NCBI GenBank assembly: GCA_051362555.1
Contig: CM120640.1
Coordinates: 50,012,788 to 50,076,787, forward strand
Reading direction: 5' to 3'
DNA: 64,000 nucleotides
Source: Lingula anatina
Lineage: Eukaryota > Animalia > Brachiopoda
A program made the translations under genes and the position numbers. The notes under the pieces are model-generated. The model was not told where the DNA came from. It saw only the letters and a program-made list of their open reading frames with translations, and did not search any database. Below, piece after piece: positions 41,201 through 56,393 of this stretch; position 1 is the first letter of the stretch; each line of letters opens with the position of its first letter.

Positions 41201-44200
41201 GTAAGTTCTGATCATATCCCGAGGAGAGAGTTCATAATAATGAGTTCTCATTAACTGAACACCTGTCCAAGCTGAGGGTTAAGTTACCTGGTTACTGCAG
41301 TGTTTGCTACATTAGGAGCATGTGTGTTCAATTATAAGATCTTATTAGGTGACTAAAAGATAACCAATAACTTTCAGAACAGTATGTATAAACATAGAAT
41401 GAAATATGAGAAGGAAATCATAGTACAAGTCCACATAGAAAACATGCCAGCACAGGATAAAGCACTTTATCTTATTTAATCAAAAATCTTGCTACAGTGA
41501 GTGCTATGGGAACTGACCAAATCTACCTGTTGATCTGCTATTTTTTCAGCAGCCTGCATGCTAAAATAGTACATATGCCTTACATGGTTTTACACACCAA
41601 CTGAAAATTTTAAAAGCGCTAAAATTATGAAATTTATAAGATCCTCTTTGAGATTTTAATAAAATATATAAATTTGTTGTTTCCATATCTGAATTGTTTT
41701 GTTAATAAGCTGTTATATCAACAACTGACATAACAGAAAAGCAAAGCAAAGAAACCATGTCAAACAGAAAGTCAAGTTCCATGATATATAACTTACAGGG
41801 GAACAAACATTCTGATTTTTGTCAAGAAAAATTGTAAACAGAATGCAATGAAAAAGGCCCTCCTCTGAACCGCATAGCCATACCATTCAGTTTTATCTGA
41901 CTTCTTATAATCTTTTTTTGTTTGATAATACTTCGCTGCGAATTCAGATAGATTGATACCAATTGCAATGGCTATAATCTACTAGTACTCATATAGGAGG
42001 CATATAGGGTTTCTGGCCAGACTTTGATAAACTGTTATTTTCTTACACCTGTCAGATAATATTTCAACCTGTTCTGCTTCAGCTTTTGTTCTGCTGCATC
42101 AAAGCAAGTAGCTATATTTTATGTTCTTAGGAACTGGCATGAGCCTATTGCTAATTCTCACATCTAATAAAAATCCATCACAGGCCAAATACATTATAAA
42201 CAACAGAAAAGTGGACATTAGTGTGTCTACTCCTTTTTGCAAAATTATTCAAAAACCTTGGTGGAGTGTAGATTAATCCTATTTGGTTGGACAACTGCTG
42301 TCTACATATGAGAAGGGGCCATTCAAGTTTAAGCAGTCATGATATGCTATAAACTTAAATGACTGTGCTCACCTTAATTGTTAAGCTGGGTCACATTTTG
42401 CCTGGAGACATATGAGACTACCCATATGGTCCAATAGCTACAGCTGACCTTTTATGAAAATTTCAAAACATTACAGCGGACATAGATTAATTCAAGTGAA
42501 GAAATCCACGATAAGATCAACTAAAATGATTGAAGTTTGTAGTTTAAATATGTCCATGTAAAAAAAAAAGGTAAATAACCTGTAAAAATTGTACAATTAC
42601 CATTTTGGTTTTGAAGATTTTTAAGTTTTCTAGATCTTTGTGTCAGGGAGAAAGCACACTGATAGCAAACCGTTATCACTGTATCAAAATGGATAATATT
42701 ATGCAAAATATGCATTATGATACCTATTGCACCACCAGCAGTGTCTATTAACATCAAACAACAAACTTAAAACTTGAAATCTATTCAAACACAAAATACG
42801 TTTTGGCCTATTCAACAAATTGAGCTCCAAAGCACTTAACAGTGAACTGTGTCATAGAGACAGTCCTCTTAGAGATAAAGGTTTGATATAACTAAGGTCT
42901 GTCGTGATGAAGGTTCTTATTCTGAAATACATGTACAGATGGAACGCAAAAACAAGAAATTTAATGAAAATAAACTTAATTAAAAGTAAAATTAAAATTA
43001 CCATGAAATTGCAATTGTGAAATTGTGTATTAGTAAATAATGTAATACAGGGCTCAAAATTAATGGTAGCAAATGCTACTCAAAATTGTGAAACTGGGGC
43101 AAAATGCTATTAACTTTAAATTTTAGTAATGTACTGTAACTATAATAAAACTAATTTCCTGGCACTAAGTTGCACCTGTGCATGCTTTCCAAAATTTCAT
43201 GATTTTGTACAATGTGAGTGATGAGCAAGCTTAATGAACTAGAAGAAAAATTTGAAGCACCTAGTTATCAAAATGAAGGAGTCTATCTTAATTCTTTTTC
43301 AGAATACTAAACCTTTGTCATAGTGAACCCATTGGAATACCGTACATTGTGCCTTCAAAGAAGTGGCCCTTCATCAATGCAAACCCCAGATTTTAGAGGT
43401 TAAAAAAAAGTTGATTTTAGCAATTTTTGGCATTTTTCAGAATAGCAAATCTTTGCTGTAGAGAATCTTTGAATCTATGAAAGAGCAGGTCACAATACAC
43501 ATCTAATAACATTTAGACCAATTTAGGAAGAAAGATTTAAATGACTGAAGTTATTCAAAATCAGGACAAAGCTTCTGCATCTAAGTCCATGTGTATACAA
43601 TGACTTTATACAGATAAGACCATGGATGATATGACTTGGGTTGCATGACTTTGCACTGCATTACCTACCATGTTCTAGATTCATCAAATACTTTATAAGG
43701 CACATAGAGCTAGTAACTGTTGGTGGTAACCAAGACGAGAAACATCAGCTACTTAACGGTAATAAATGGTAATATATTACTGACGTGTTCTACCCAGTCT
43801 TAGTAACCAATTATTTCTTTATTTAAAAATGCAAGCATCTAATATGAATATATATCATTATATCACTTTTAAATTAAGTGCTTTTTGGGGCATTCTACAG
43901 AGATGCTAGGGGGCTATGGAATTTTTTCTCCAGTTTTTAGCAGGGATAGGGAGCCAGTACCACCATTTTTTTTTTTTACTGAAAAGTGTCTGGCTTTGCA
44001 CATATCTGACTTACGCCCATTTACCTATCCTGAACTTCAAACTGGTCTATCAAAAACCAATGCAGGGTTTTCCAGTTTTCAAAGTTATTATACCATATAT
44101 CACTATTTTTAAATCTTATCTTACCAGCCATTGTATGCAAACAGCCCTGAGTAGAAAGCAAGAGATGCTGCTCCAACATCATTGGTTGTATTCTCAAATG

Positions 44201-47200
44201 GAGCCAGAAAATTTTCATAGTACCCTGTAAGATGAATAAAAAAAATTAAATCATGAAAAAGAGAAAACAGTGAAATGAGGACTACATATTAATTTGTCTG
44301 TTAAGTTAATTTTGATCTTGTCAGTTGTAAAACACAATATTCTAACTTACTTCATCAATAGGGAGGATTTTATACCATAGTACATAAATAAAGTATATAA
44401 TTGGGCCCAGCATAGTAACAAAACCTCAAAATTGGGTTGTGTGGCAAGGTTTGGGGGTTACATTGTGTTTTTGGATTGTAGTCCATGTTGTGGTTAAAAC
44501 ATCATACCTGTCCAGGATTTGGGAGAAAAACTTGGGCAATATGAAATGAAGTCATGAATCTTATCTATACATGAATAGACACAATAATTGATCAAAGATT
44601 AACTAAAGTAACCTTAATCTGTTTTCGCTCAATACAACTATGGCTTTCAGTGCAAACCAGATTGCATCATTCAATATGGTGATAAAAATCAATAATCTGA
44701 CTTGTGGCTACAGTCTGGTCTTACTTTAGATTAGATTTAAATTAAATTCACTCTATGAAAGATGATGCAAGTACATTCTTGGACATGGTGGAATTGTTTT
44801 ATTCAGTACAACACAACAGTACTCTAAACAGTTGAAGAAGTATGTTTCACAGTTTTATAGAAAGATGGATTTGATGTTTATGTCTTGATTTTCACTATAC
44901 CCTGATATTTTATAATCATACAAATTGACAGCTTGTAGATTATTATACTGAATTTATAAATTTAATGTTCATGCAGTTTTAAATCTTAACAAAAAGAAGA
45001 TATTGCAAATGTGGAATAAAATTTCCTAAAATTATTGTATTACAAACCAGTTTTATACTTCAATATATAGTGAAAAATACTTGATCTAGTATAAACAGCA
45101 GGAATGCCTTAACGTAAGCCTATCGAAAACTTCCAGGGATTTGTATTTGTTTAATAACTTAGCAATAAAAAAGATTTATTTATATATTTTAACTTCTTTT
45201 TTATTATAGACTTTAGAATACTTTCAAGATCATAACTGGGTGCAACCAGCTAGCATTTACATAACCTTAAGAACAAATGTAAATAATGTCTGTGCATGTC
45301 CCACCTAGTAAACTCTAAAAATATATATATAGTGAAAAAAAGAAAAAAAAATGGATAACAAAGTACAATTATTTTATTTAAAGCCAATTTAAAATAACTC
45401 TTTTTAAAAGAAAAAAACATACTTCAAATAAAATATGTCATATGGGAGCACCAAATATCCACCAAATGACAAACAATGCCCTTTGGTATTTAGGTTATGT
45501 TATTTAAAGCAATTAGGTGGCATTTGGTCAGTTTTTTTGGCAAAAATTTGACTTCAAATCAATGCATCTTTAGGAGTACATTTTGAAGTTATAAGTACCT
45601 GTATGTTCATAAATGAAGGAGGTCTTCCAAAGCTCATTCAGCATTTGCCCATGTACAGACACTTTTTACCCATGCTAGCTTTTTGTCCACAACATTGATA
45701 AATGTACTTATAAATACTACCAGAAAAGTATTCTGTAGGTAGATACTGCTCACTAATTTGACATACTTTACATACATGTGGAGTGATCAAATTAGAACAG
45801 AGAGCTGATGACAGATGTTCCCTGGTTAAGCCTTGTAACTACTTGGGAAACCTGATAATGTCCAATTTTGACCACCAGACATTAATTTCCCAAACTAACA
45901 TGAGATATGAGCCAGTTATACCCAATAGTTACCCCAGTACCAGTATAATTTACAAGGTAGTGAAAATGCAAGCTTCATGAATCAGATCGACCTACTTTTG
46001 TTTATAAATCAGGCCTACTTAATAGCTGAAGTCAATAACCTTACTTTTAGAAAAACCATTTACGTCACTTATTATGTAGAAGGAAGAGAATACAAACAAG
46101 CCTAAAGGGAAAACGTGTAATATTTTGAATATTTGTTAAGCACATCAATTGTTTCTCATTGTACTGATTTTAGGACAAGTAATACACTTGGAAAAATTCT
46201 GAACAGACATGTATTAGTAGGAGTATTTCGTGAGAAAATCATAATTACAAAGTCATTTTGTTAATATTACTCACTTAAATTGATTTTAAATTAACTTTAA
46301 TAAAAAAAAAAATAGTTTCATCTTGTTTACCAGTGAGATGATTCTATGTGAAGAAAAGAATCCTTACCTCTTCCAATCTGTACAAATCCAGTGATGATGA
46401 TAAGAATCAAGGCAAGCACCTTGGCATAGGTAAAGACATCTTGCACACGTGTCGCCCACTTTACATCAAAACAGTTGATAAAGGTTAGAGTTACTGAAAT
46501 GCAAAAAAATTGGTTTTTAAATAACCAACTGTAAATACAAATGGTATTCACTCTCCTTCAAATTAAAGGTAATGAAAACTGAAAAAAAATATTTTTCGGT
46601 ATGTTTGATAATTATGTTACTTCTTTAGTGGCAGTGTTTTTGGGATGATGTGAGATATGTGCAGACATACGTGCCATTTAGACTGAGAAGAGCCGAGTGC
46701 TAGCTGGTCCAAGGCCTAAATATGGCGGACCTCCACGGAAGGAAGACTGTAATGGTCCCTATGCCTCTTTCTCGCCTCCCCACGTGTCCTCCCTGCAGGG
46801 GCACAGTAATTAAATCTCATCTGAATTTGACCAGTCGAGGGACGACATGTGGGGAGGCGTGTGAGAGGCGGAGAGACCATTACAGGATTAAGCGGTCTTT
46901 CTTTCATGTTGGTCTGCCATATTTAGGCCGTGGACCAGTTAGCACTTAGATCTTCTCATTCTGAATGGCCTCATACATTGAAAAAATTACTTACGAGTAC
47001 ATAAAATAGATTTTTAAAAACTATGTGCGACAATGTAATATCTGAGCTAAAAGTATCAAAGTAAATGATATTGAAAGGCAATGTAGTCACATTGTCGTAT
47101 TTCATCCCCATTCAAACAATGCACCTGTATGCCAATATATAACCTGCTGTTGAGTAACAATTTAAGAATACTCAACAGACCCATATGCTATACAACGAAT

Positions 47201-49337
47201 GTTTCCCCACATATTTAATGCATCTGTTTTGTGGGGGTCAACCTACTGCTGTGTGAATAAGTTATAAGCTTGGCATAATAATACTGCTAATGAACCATAC
47301 GAAGAACCACTCCCTAGCCCAAGACTGACCAAATAATTCATACACCATTTTAGTTTTCATTCATTTCAAGTTTTGTGCCTGTACATTCCCTTTGATCTTT
47401 TCTTTTAGCTGATAGAACAATGTCCAGTGTTTGGTTCTAAATGCTATATTAATCAGGATAATGGTCTAGTTTTGTATTTCTGCTTGGATTCAAAATCAAT
47501 GTAAATGGTTCAAGAACATGCACTGCAACAATTTCTGTAAATCTGTTACTGGCACCGCTCCTTAATTTTGGAGGGAAACCATCTTTTATGTTGCCACGTG
47601 GATGGGCTATATGCAATTACATATAAAGACCACTACCTTTATGTGCAAAGGGGAAATGAATCAGGTCCACCTGATAGCTACATTCAACAACTGGGATTTT
47701 CAAGTAAAAGAAAATAATTTACTTCACCGATAAGCAGTTTCACAAAAGACCTTCTAGTACATTTTAATTATCATTACAAAAACATGAAATTATCTCTGAC
47801 AAAGCCATTTGACATTTGAGTATTGCATTCTTATCTTCTTTATTTTGAAGTGTAAAGTTAAGAAATGCCAAGATGATACCAGACACAGTTCAACTGGTAT
47901 GGTGTAGGAAGTGTTATCATCCACTGTCCTTTTTTTTCTCCTTTATTGCTTGGTAGTTCTCACTTTGTGGTGATGAGTACAACCATAAAACTGCATCAGC
48001 TCAGGATAACTTCAGGTCATGGGGATTGAATTTGATACTTGAACAAACTGTACTACAGGGCTACCTGCATCAGTGGTGTATTTCCTGACAATGTATGTAA
48101 TTTTAGAGAAAAGGAGGAGGCATCAGCTTTTAGTAGTGTGATTACATAACATCTATGGAGGGGAATATGAGTATTTTGAGATAAGGAGGCTGGTCCATTG
48201 CAGCAGTTTACATTAGTGGAAAGGGGATGAGGACTATACTAAAAGGGGATGCGTTTCTGTCTGGCCCAGTAAATTGTCATGCAAGAAACCATGCCATCTG
48301 ACCATGACTGGTTTCATTCACCAACTTCATCTTTATTTGGAAGTACATGTGTGTCTTAGCTAAACTATATCTCGATGTTTGTGTACAAATACATCTAAAA
48401 TGACCCTGACACAAGTAGTTTTCAATGTAACTGTAAAATCCTGCTAAAAAAAATCAAATAAAATTATCTGGATACTGCCTTATTCACATCATATGGATTG
48501 TGTTGACCACCAAATTGATCTAAACTTGGATAAGAAGTCCAGCATGAGGGCAATGGACAGTTGAGGACAGATGTCATCACCTCTAACGTGACAAAAACAA
48601 TAAGACCAATGCATTAGAAAGTCTTCATACCACATGTAAAAATAAATGGATGAGGTGGGTGATAAAATCATGGCTGTTTGATGCTGTACTGTATGTATGA
48701 TATTACAGGTAATATGGAATAAGAGATGTACTTGGACGATAATATGAATACTAGTTGATATTACAAATGTTACCCCTAGTATATAGCAGAAATTTATCCA
48801 AATATTTCATATAAAATACTTACATATACAGAAGGCTGCCAACAATCTGACAGCAGATGCAGGCTGTTCACAGTCAGGGAAAAGAGGCTCTATAATGTAA
48901 TTGGCAAATGTCAGTGATACAATTGCTGCTGAACAGGGACGAATGATCAAACATTCAACCCACAGTCTTAGAAAGGCTAGAAATGGTCCAAATGCTTCAA
49001 ATATATAAGCATAATCTGCACCAGACTTCTTGATCATTGTTCCTAATTCGGCATAACAATACGCCCCAATTAATGAAAATATACCACATAATGCCCAGAT
49101 GATGAGAGACAGTCCAACACTGCCTGCTTCAGCCAGAACTCCTTTGGGGCTAACAAAGATGCCAGAGCCTATAATGCTGCCCACAATAATAGTACAAGCA
49201 TTAACCAAGCTGATTTTAGGTTTCAACTCTATTTTGTTGTTACTTTCCCCACTACTTGCTGCTTCTGATGTGCTAGCTACATCCGCCGACGGTTCCGCCT
49301 GGTCAACTGCAGAGTATTCTTTCTGATTAGCAGACAT
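35072..49337 (-). CDS. SLC7 heteromeric amino-acid transporter light chain (LAT/y+LAT-like)
   Basis: Eleven frame-consistent exons: 49337-48824, 46493-46368, 44224-44125, 39928-39884, 39583-39460, 37986-37883, 36717-36621, 36329-36180, 35892-35808, 35457-35365, 35136-35072. Motifs [37 protein letters not shown] (heavy-chain disulfide Cys), [30 protein letters not shown]. Confidence 0.95.
38203..38263. repeat. (AT)n microsatellite
   Basis: Perfect AT run. Confidence 0.98.
40264..40528. repeat. 135-bp near-identical tandem duplication in an SLC7 intron
   Basis: AAGGTTAAAAAGCAGGAACAAAAATATCAAATATCATAAAAACTGTCAC...AAAATCAAAC starts at 40264 and again at 40399. Confidence 0.95.
46673..46969. mobile_element. 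Palindromic (fold-back) MITE, PIF/Harbinger-like, copy A
   Basis: Nearly the whole element is an inverted repeat: GCCATTTAGACTGAGAAGA...CCTAAATATGGCGGAC / GTCTGCCATATTTAGG...TCTTCTCATTCTGAATGGC; core shared with 61272-61569. Confidence 0.8.
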
Positions 49338-52300
49338 ATTGCCGACTGGAGACCGATTCTTCCGATCAAATATCTGATCTGTACAAAATCCTGATAATGA
49401 ACAGCAGTGTGCTCTGTAGTTTAATTCATACACTTCGTCAATCCTCCGTTAGTCTTTTTTCTACAATGTAAGTGGTCTCAATCATGAAGGTCCACCTATA
49501 TCAAATAGAAGCTGCTACGTACTTGTACACAAAGCAACCACGTGTGTCAGTGACTGAGTGCTGTATATGTCTGTAGGCATGGCGGCATAATGCTAAGAGG
49601 TCGTTCCAATATTGGATAGAAATTGAATAGAAATTAGATTATTCTTTGGACTTCGATTCTAAGCTTATTACATAATTTTCACTATAAAAATTTTATGTGG
49701 AGAATGTTTCCTTGAGCAGAGTAATCAATTATAACAGATTAAAACTGTACGTGTTTTCAAGATATTATATTCATTGTACCTGCTCAACCCAAATAATGGA
49801 CGAGTCAATGTCGACGTAGTGACGTGAGCAGTTAGCGCTTGTGTACAGAAATGATGAAATACGGGAAATACTCCATGAAAACAACTGTCATAGAAAAAGC
49901 GAAAGAAATTCATTATATTCATTATTCATTAAAAGGCTTTAGTTGACAAGATTACAAATGAAAAATAGCTTATTTAATTTTTTGCCTTTGAAGGTTCTCT
50001 ACCTGTTGACATTAAAAAATCCCCGCTTTTCAATAAAAGATAGTAAGGTAAACTTAATTTTGTCACGAAATTTCCCGTAAATTGGACTTTGAAATGCATT
50101 CATACAATGATTTTTAAAAATGTTTCCGATGTTTAATGGATTTACTCCAGTTAAGTACAAATGTTAGAAATTATTGGCAGATCCAAAAAGGGAGGTTGGC
50201 CACAAAAATTCCCATGTACTAGTAGCCATGTATCCATTTACTCATAAAGTACTAATTGATATTAGAGGTACATATAATAGATTCTTGTGTTCTCTCTGTG
50301 GGCTATACATGCTCCAAGAAGCTTAAGTTAGTAACGGTACAGACAAAACTATTACAGGTAAAGGGGGGGGGGGGAAGGTGATGTACAATACTCCTCTTGC
50401 ATAAGCCTTGTATTTAGTGAAATAAATATAGAGAAATTTTATACAAAACGTTTCTCAAATATTCCTCGTCCCTGCACTTGAATATGCTGAAGTTGGCAAA
50501 TTTTATTTTTCACTAATTTATGTAGTGATATATTTATTTATTGGTATGTATGTTCAATCATAACAGGCGTAGCAGAGAAATAATCTGTGCACTGAGTATC
50601 AGAAAATGTAAAAAGTAGTACTAATGCATGGGTTTTCATGCTAAAAAGGAGGAGTAGTGGTTAAATTTAAGGTCTAACTAATAGATTAATATGCCACCCT
50701 GTCATGTACATTATAAAAACATAACAAAAAACAACCACGATGTACAAAATTTATTAATCTACACACACTGCGGACAAACAAATCCACAGGAATAATTTTC
50801 AATACATAAAGCTTTGGTTTAATTAGTAATGATTTATATGAGCAAACAATTACAGTTAAGAAAATACATATACACAAACAAAGCATCAATATATACAGTA
50901 GAGAGAGATGGATGACATGCACTTAATGAATAAAGGCACTTAGAAAATGGATTATATCACTTATCTCCACAAAGGAACGTATATATACCAATAATTATAT
51001 TGCTAGTAGACTCAATTAGATTTTTTTTCTTTTTGTATTTCTGTAAAATGCTGTTATTGCTCAGAGTCTGACTAGTCTACTACCCCTGTATATATGTAGT
51101 AAAATGCATAATCAAAATAAAATGCTTATTTGAAAAATGCAGATAGATTAAAGAGTCCACTTTAAATACATCATAATTTCCTGACAGGGAGAAAGTTTTT
51201 TAGGCAATTTAAATAATTAAGATACATCGACACCAAAAAAATTAAGCCTTGGAAATACACTGTATGCACCATTTTCATATTAGAAAGAGCCAAGTACAAA
51301 TTAAAAGTCTATAGACACTAAGTAAAGTTTAAATGTCCCTTTTGACTGTAATTTAGTACAATTTGAAATTAGTACAATTGCTTACATCTGTCTGCCATGA
51401 CAGTATTTCAAGTAGGTAATTTAATTTCTGATGTACTTGTATTGAAGCTAATTCATCAATGCTAATTAGCTAACTGCATTTTCCAAAATTTCAAGAACTT
51501 TTAAATATTAAGATAAGTTGTAAGATTCTAAAAAATATATACATACACTAAATTTGACACCACTTAAACAATGATACCTTGCTGTAGTTTTTGATTAATT
51601 CAAATTTGTTACTACCAAAATATTTGAGCTCTTAAAACAATTCAACAGTACATTGCATTTTATAGTGGTATCTGCTTAAACTTCCGTAACAAAACTGAAT
51701 GCTCTTTGTCTAAAAAAATTCATTCTCATGGGTAAGATATGTCATAAGCTTTCCTTTAAAAAATCTCAAAATATATATTACTTTTAAATTTGAGTGCATT
51801 CATACTATGAACAAAAATAATATCACTTTACTATATATATATACTGTTCTTACATGAAGTATAAAAAATATTTTGGTTTACATTACAATAATTGCAATGT
51901 GTTACGTATATTGTCACATTAACATATTTTTATATATTTACATGTGTACATAAATAATTCACGCTGTGCTCAGATTTGAAAAAGAAGTACATAATAAAGA
52001 AAGAACCTTGAAAGGACAAGTAAAAGAATTTAGAGTGCAGTGAATACTCTCATAATTAAATGTAGACTCAAATGGACTTGAATTCTTTTAAAGAACACTG
52101 AAACTCTTTTCTCCACCCCATCAATGGGTTTTTATCCATAACAAAATTGGACATTCTGGAAAGGGGTGGATATCCTTCATACCCCCTGCCAAGGTCATCA
52201 AGTGCTCCACAACAATTTAACTTCACACATGATCTTCCATGTGAGTAAACATAAAAATGAGAGCATCATGTAAAAAACTTGTGAAACAAACCCACTCTAG

Positions 52301-53068
52301 TTATAATGCTGCAAACACTGAAAACACCTGATTGCTGACAAAGGGTTACATCTCAACTTATTGCATACAGAAAAAAGCAAAAAGGACTAGAAAAAACAGC
52401 TGAGATGGAAATACAAGACTAGATTCTTAGAGTCCTGCTGTTAGGACTAGTTTGATTAATGGATGCACAAACATGATTTCTTTCCCTTCAAGGCAATAAT
52501 CCTTTGCTGGTTATTACCCTCCTGTGGTCTTGAAACTGAACCTCTTGATGGCTGAGCATAATCTCCTTCATACTGGTATATAATCAACGATCCCAATATC
52601 TTACATTGAAATTCTTGGTTATTTACTCAGAGATCTAAGGGTTGGGACAACAAAAGTGCACATTCCCTTCATGCTGTCTTTTTTTTGCAGGAAGAAATGT
52701 TGCTCCAAGTGCTTCTTTCTGATTTGTAAAATTCTGTTTCCATCACTAATCATTCAAGATATTACTGTGTTATATACAGAAAAGTATATACCATTCTTAT
52801 ATATGTACCTTAAAATGATCTAGTTTAGTGCCTATTTAACTTCAGAAGTAATCAATATAAAATTAAGGGATCGCTGTATATTATTTCTTTGTCTTTCATC
52901 GACAATTTGGCACCAGCATTATTGAAAATAATGCCAATCTTATGACTTATGAAATAATCACTGAACCTCTGGCTACTGATTCATGCTGTCATCTTCCTCC
53001 AATTATCATTTTTTGGTACAAATACTAATTTTTTGATGTAATTTTGGTTTCAATATCAAAGATCTTCT

Positions 53069-53740
53069 TTATACTGGAGCTGACTGCCTCATTGTGTTTG
53101 CAAAGTCTCCATAGCATGCCATGTCATGTTTGCATACATTCAGTGAGCGAGTTGTGTCTCCATAGGTGTTACCGAAATTAAATCGCCTCTCTGAAAAATA
53201 AAATTGTCATCAATAATAACAAAAATGTGATATTGATTTGAAAACAACCAAAGGCCATCAAAATGATAACAATACCTTGATCTTTTAAATTCAGATGTTT
53301 GTTTAGGGAAATGAAGTTCGAAATGATCCTGTACTTTTTAGTACTATGCCCATTGTATTTGTTGAGATTTGCTTATAATAATCACAACAAACACATTCTA
53401 GCAACAGTAATAGTTAACTGTGAGAATGGCCTATTATGTGTCATTCATTGTATTAATATACGCACATTAAAAACCGGCAAATTGGTGGGAAAATGCACAT
53501 CAATTATTTTTGTAATCTCTTAAATAAATATTAAATCATATCTCTAACACAGTAATCATGAGACTTAAACTTACGTGGACAATAGCCTGTGTACTTGGGA
53601 ATCATGCCATCATGAAGATATAACCGCCTAGCATAGGAAGGCATTTTGACAAGGTCATCCCCTCTGGAAGAACAATTAACATCATGAAAATTACTATTAT
53701 TAACATTTGTCAAAACTGCATACATCTGATCTCTTATTAC

Positions 53741-53798
<58 letters not shown>

Positions 53799-56393
53799 GA
53801 ATAAAAGATGAATATAGACACAGTATCAAAATATTTGCACAGAAAATACATATGCTGTACCTTTCAACTTTAATTGGCTCTTGTTGGACTGCAAAATGAT
53901 GCATGGTTTCCTTTGCAAAAGATTCTAAGCCATTCTTGGTTGTAGTGTGGTAGCGCCCGCCAAGACCAAGCTCTGTTGTACCAATGCGGGGGATGAAGCC
54001 CTTGTAGCCAGGGATTGGGGGCTCAGTAAATGCCTTCCTGTCCTCTGAAAAAAGCATAAATGAAAAATTTTGATTACTGTTTGAATATTAATGTGATCAA
54101 CTGTATATCGATGCTGTACCTACCATATTTAAACTGAAATTCAAGCCCAATCACTATGCACACTGTTTCTACTGGTTGTATGTTTTAATAACCCTTAAAT
54201 GCCCTGTAGATAATGTTGCACTAACAAAAACACACCTGTGCCTTACAACATGAAAATATGTTAATAACATTAAAAACTCAACAAAATGCCACAATGTATG
54301 CTGACCTATACATTATTTGCTATATATTCATTCGTATGAAAGGTGAGATCACCATTAAATGGAAAGGAATTATTAACAAATGGAGAATAATTTACAAACA
54401 TAGATACCACCATCACAATTGAAACAAATATTATGATTTACTTCAGAAATGAAAGCAATCTTTAATATTGCTTATAAAGAAAATATTCCATACTTGATAC
54501 CTATGTCTGCATGTGGGACTTATAATACAATACTTATAATTGAGCCAGATAATTTGCAATGCTCAGTTATGAAAATTTGAAAAATAAAAAGCTTAATAAT
54601 AACATTGAACAATGTCCCTTTAATACAATTTCCTCAACTTGAAATTGTTTGGATTATTAGTTAACACTTGTGTTATGTACATCCTGAAATTGAATTGTAA
54701 ATAAATATATACTGTCTTTAATTTCACAAAAGAATGTCAAACATCAACATGTATTTATATATCACTGTAAAGTACTGCTGTTCAGTTGCAAATTCATGCG
54801 ATAACTAAATCCAAAGTAAATTAATTTGTTTTAAACCTTATCTTTTTTCATTCTAAATTTAAAAAGGGAATGAATGAGTTAAATTTTCTTGCAAAATAGA
54901 CATTCTACTAATCATTCAAAATTGCCCCAGTATAGAAGTATCTGACAATCTTACCCATAAACAAAGGTCTTGTTGGATGTGTATCTCTGTACTTGTTTAA
55001 TTCATCCCGAACTTTAGGATCTTGAGCTACAGCTTGTAGTTTGGGGTATGATCTCACTGTACGCTGAAGGTCCACTCTCTTAATGTCCAGACCATCTTTG
55101 GTTGTCAAAAATTCATCTATACATACATCACAGCCCTCCTTATATGTGTTACCATATTTGAAGACCATCCTTGGGATATAACCTAAAATAGAAAAACATT
55201 CAGCTTTTTTACTGAGTTGAAGATACTTTGATATCTCATAAAATAATATTCATTGTAAGAAATAATTGTTTTTGATTTTGATATTTCTAATATTGTAGAA
55301 AGAAAATGACAATATTAAATCTTTTAATAAATATACAGTAATTACTTGACAACCATATAATTATTTTTCTTCTATTTTTGTTCAAATGCAATTTGTAATC
55401 GTCCAAAACTTACCCGTATATCCTGGTACCATTTTCTTAGTGTATCGATTATCTCCTGAGGAGTCTGGAAGCCTGGACTGTTGAACACCAATAGGAACAT
55501 AGCCAACTGGCTCTGCTGGCTGTTTGTGATCCCAAGTCTAAAATTCCATTTCTCAAATATAAATATTGGGACAACTTAAACTTGACTGTTATAGCAATAT
55601 GTATGGATTATTCATTATATCTAAATTTTTCTTTGAACAGTTTCATTATTTCTTCAGGTAAAATCAGAGTAATTTGAACATACTTAGATTGGCAGTATTG
55701 TATATATATATATTTCCCAGGGTACAAAATAATTAAAACAATGTTTCAAACTGACATACTAATTTTCTTAATTTCATTTTGTAATATTTCACACTGAATT
55801 ACTGACCTGGGCAAGCTCATTAGTATTATCTCCATATGTCCTCCCTACACGATACTTTATCTGAGGGCAATAACCCCGATAGCTGAAAAATATATGATAG
55901 TATAATATAAGATTAAAATTAAATACTATGACAACATAATATATAAGGTTAAAAATTTTAAAAGACACTTTGGGAATATGACAAAATGCTATTTCTATCA
56001 AAAAAAAAAAAAAAAAAAAACACATGGCTGAGATTTTGGCAAGCTTTGCTTATATGCTTGGAGGCAGGTAGCAACGATCATTACAGTAACACCAATAAGG
56101 CTTATAATATGACACACTATTTTTTTTTAAAAGTTCATTCAAAACTTTTATGAGGAAGACTGTTATTGACTTTTGAGACAGTGTTAGCACTGTCTGTCTA
56201 TAGGCTACACTTGTGTCCAGTCCATTAAAGATATCTATGTCAAAAAGAAAACATTCCCGGAGTCATGTGTTATGTCTATCTTCGTAACAGCAAAACACAC
56301 CACTTACCCAGGGACATGAGTTCCATATTTCAGTCCAGCAAATGCCCTTCTTTGCTCTAGAGTAGGGCCTCCTCCGAAAGCTATCGAGGTCAT
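53069..56393 (-). CDS. FAM166/CIMIP2-family ciliary microtubule inner protein (302 aa)
   Basis: Exons 56393-56308, 55882-55807, 55537-55414, 55182-54955, 54044-53861, 53663-53575, 53190-53069, frame-consistent. Repeated PGY-x-GY-x-P...G-x-TYG motifs (HVPGYRGYCPQIKYRVGRTYG; MVPGYTGYIPRMVFKYGNTY; PIPGYKGFIPR; MIPKYTGYCP..RFNFGNTYG). Confidence 0.88.
53741..53796. repeat. (AAT)n microsatellite
   Basis: Perfect trinucleotide run in an intron. Confidence 0.97.
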
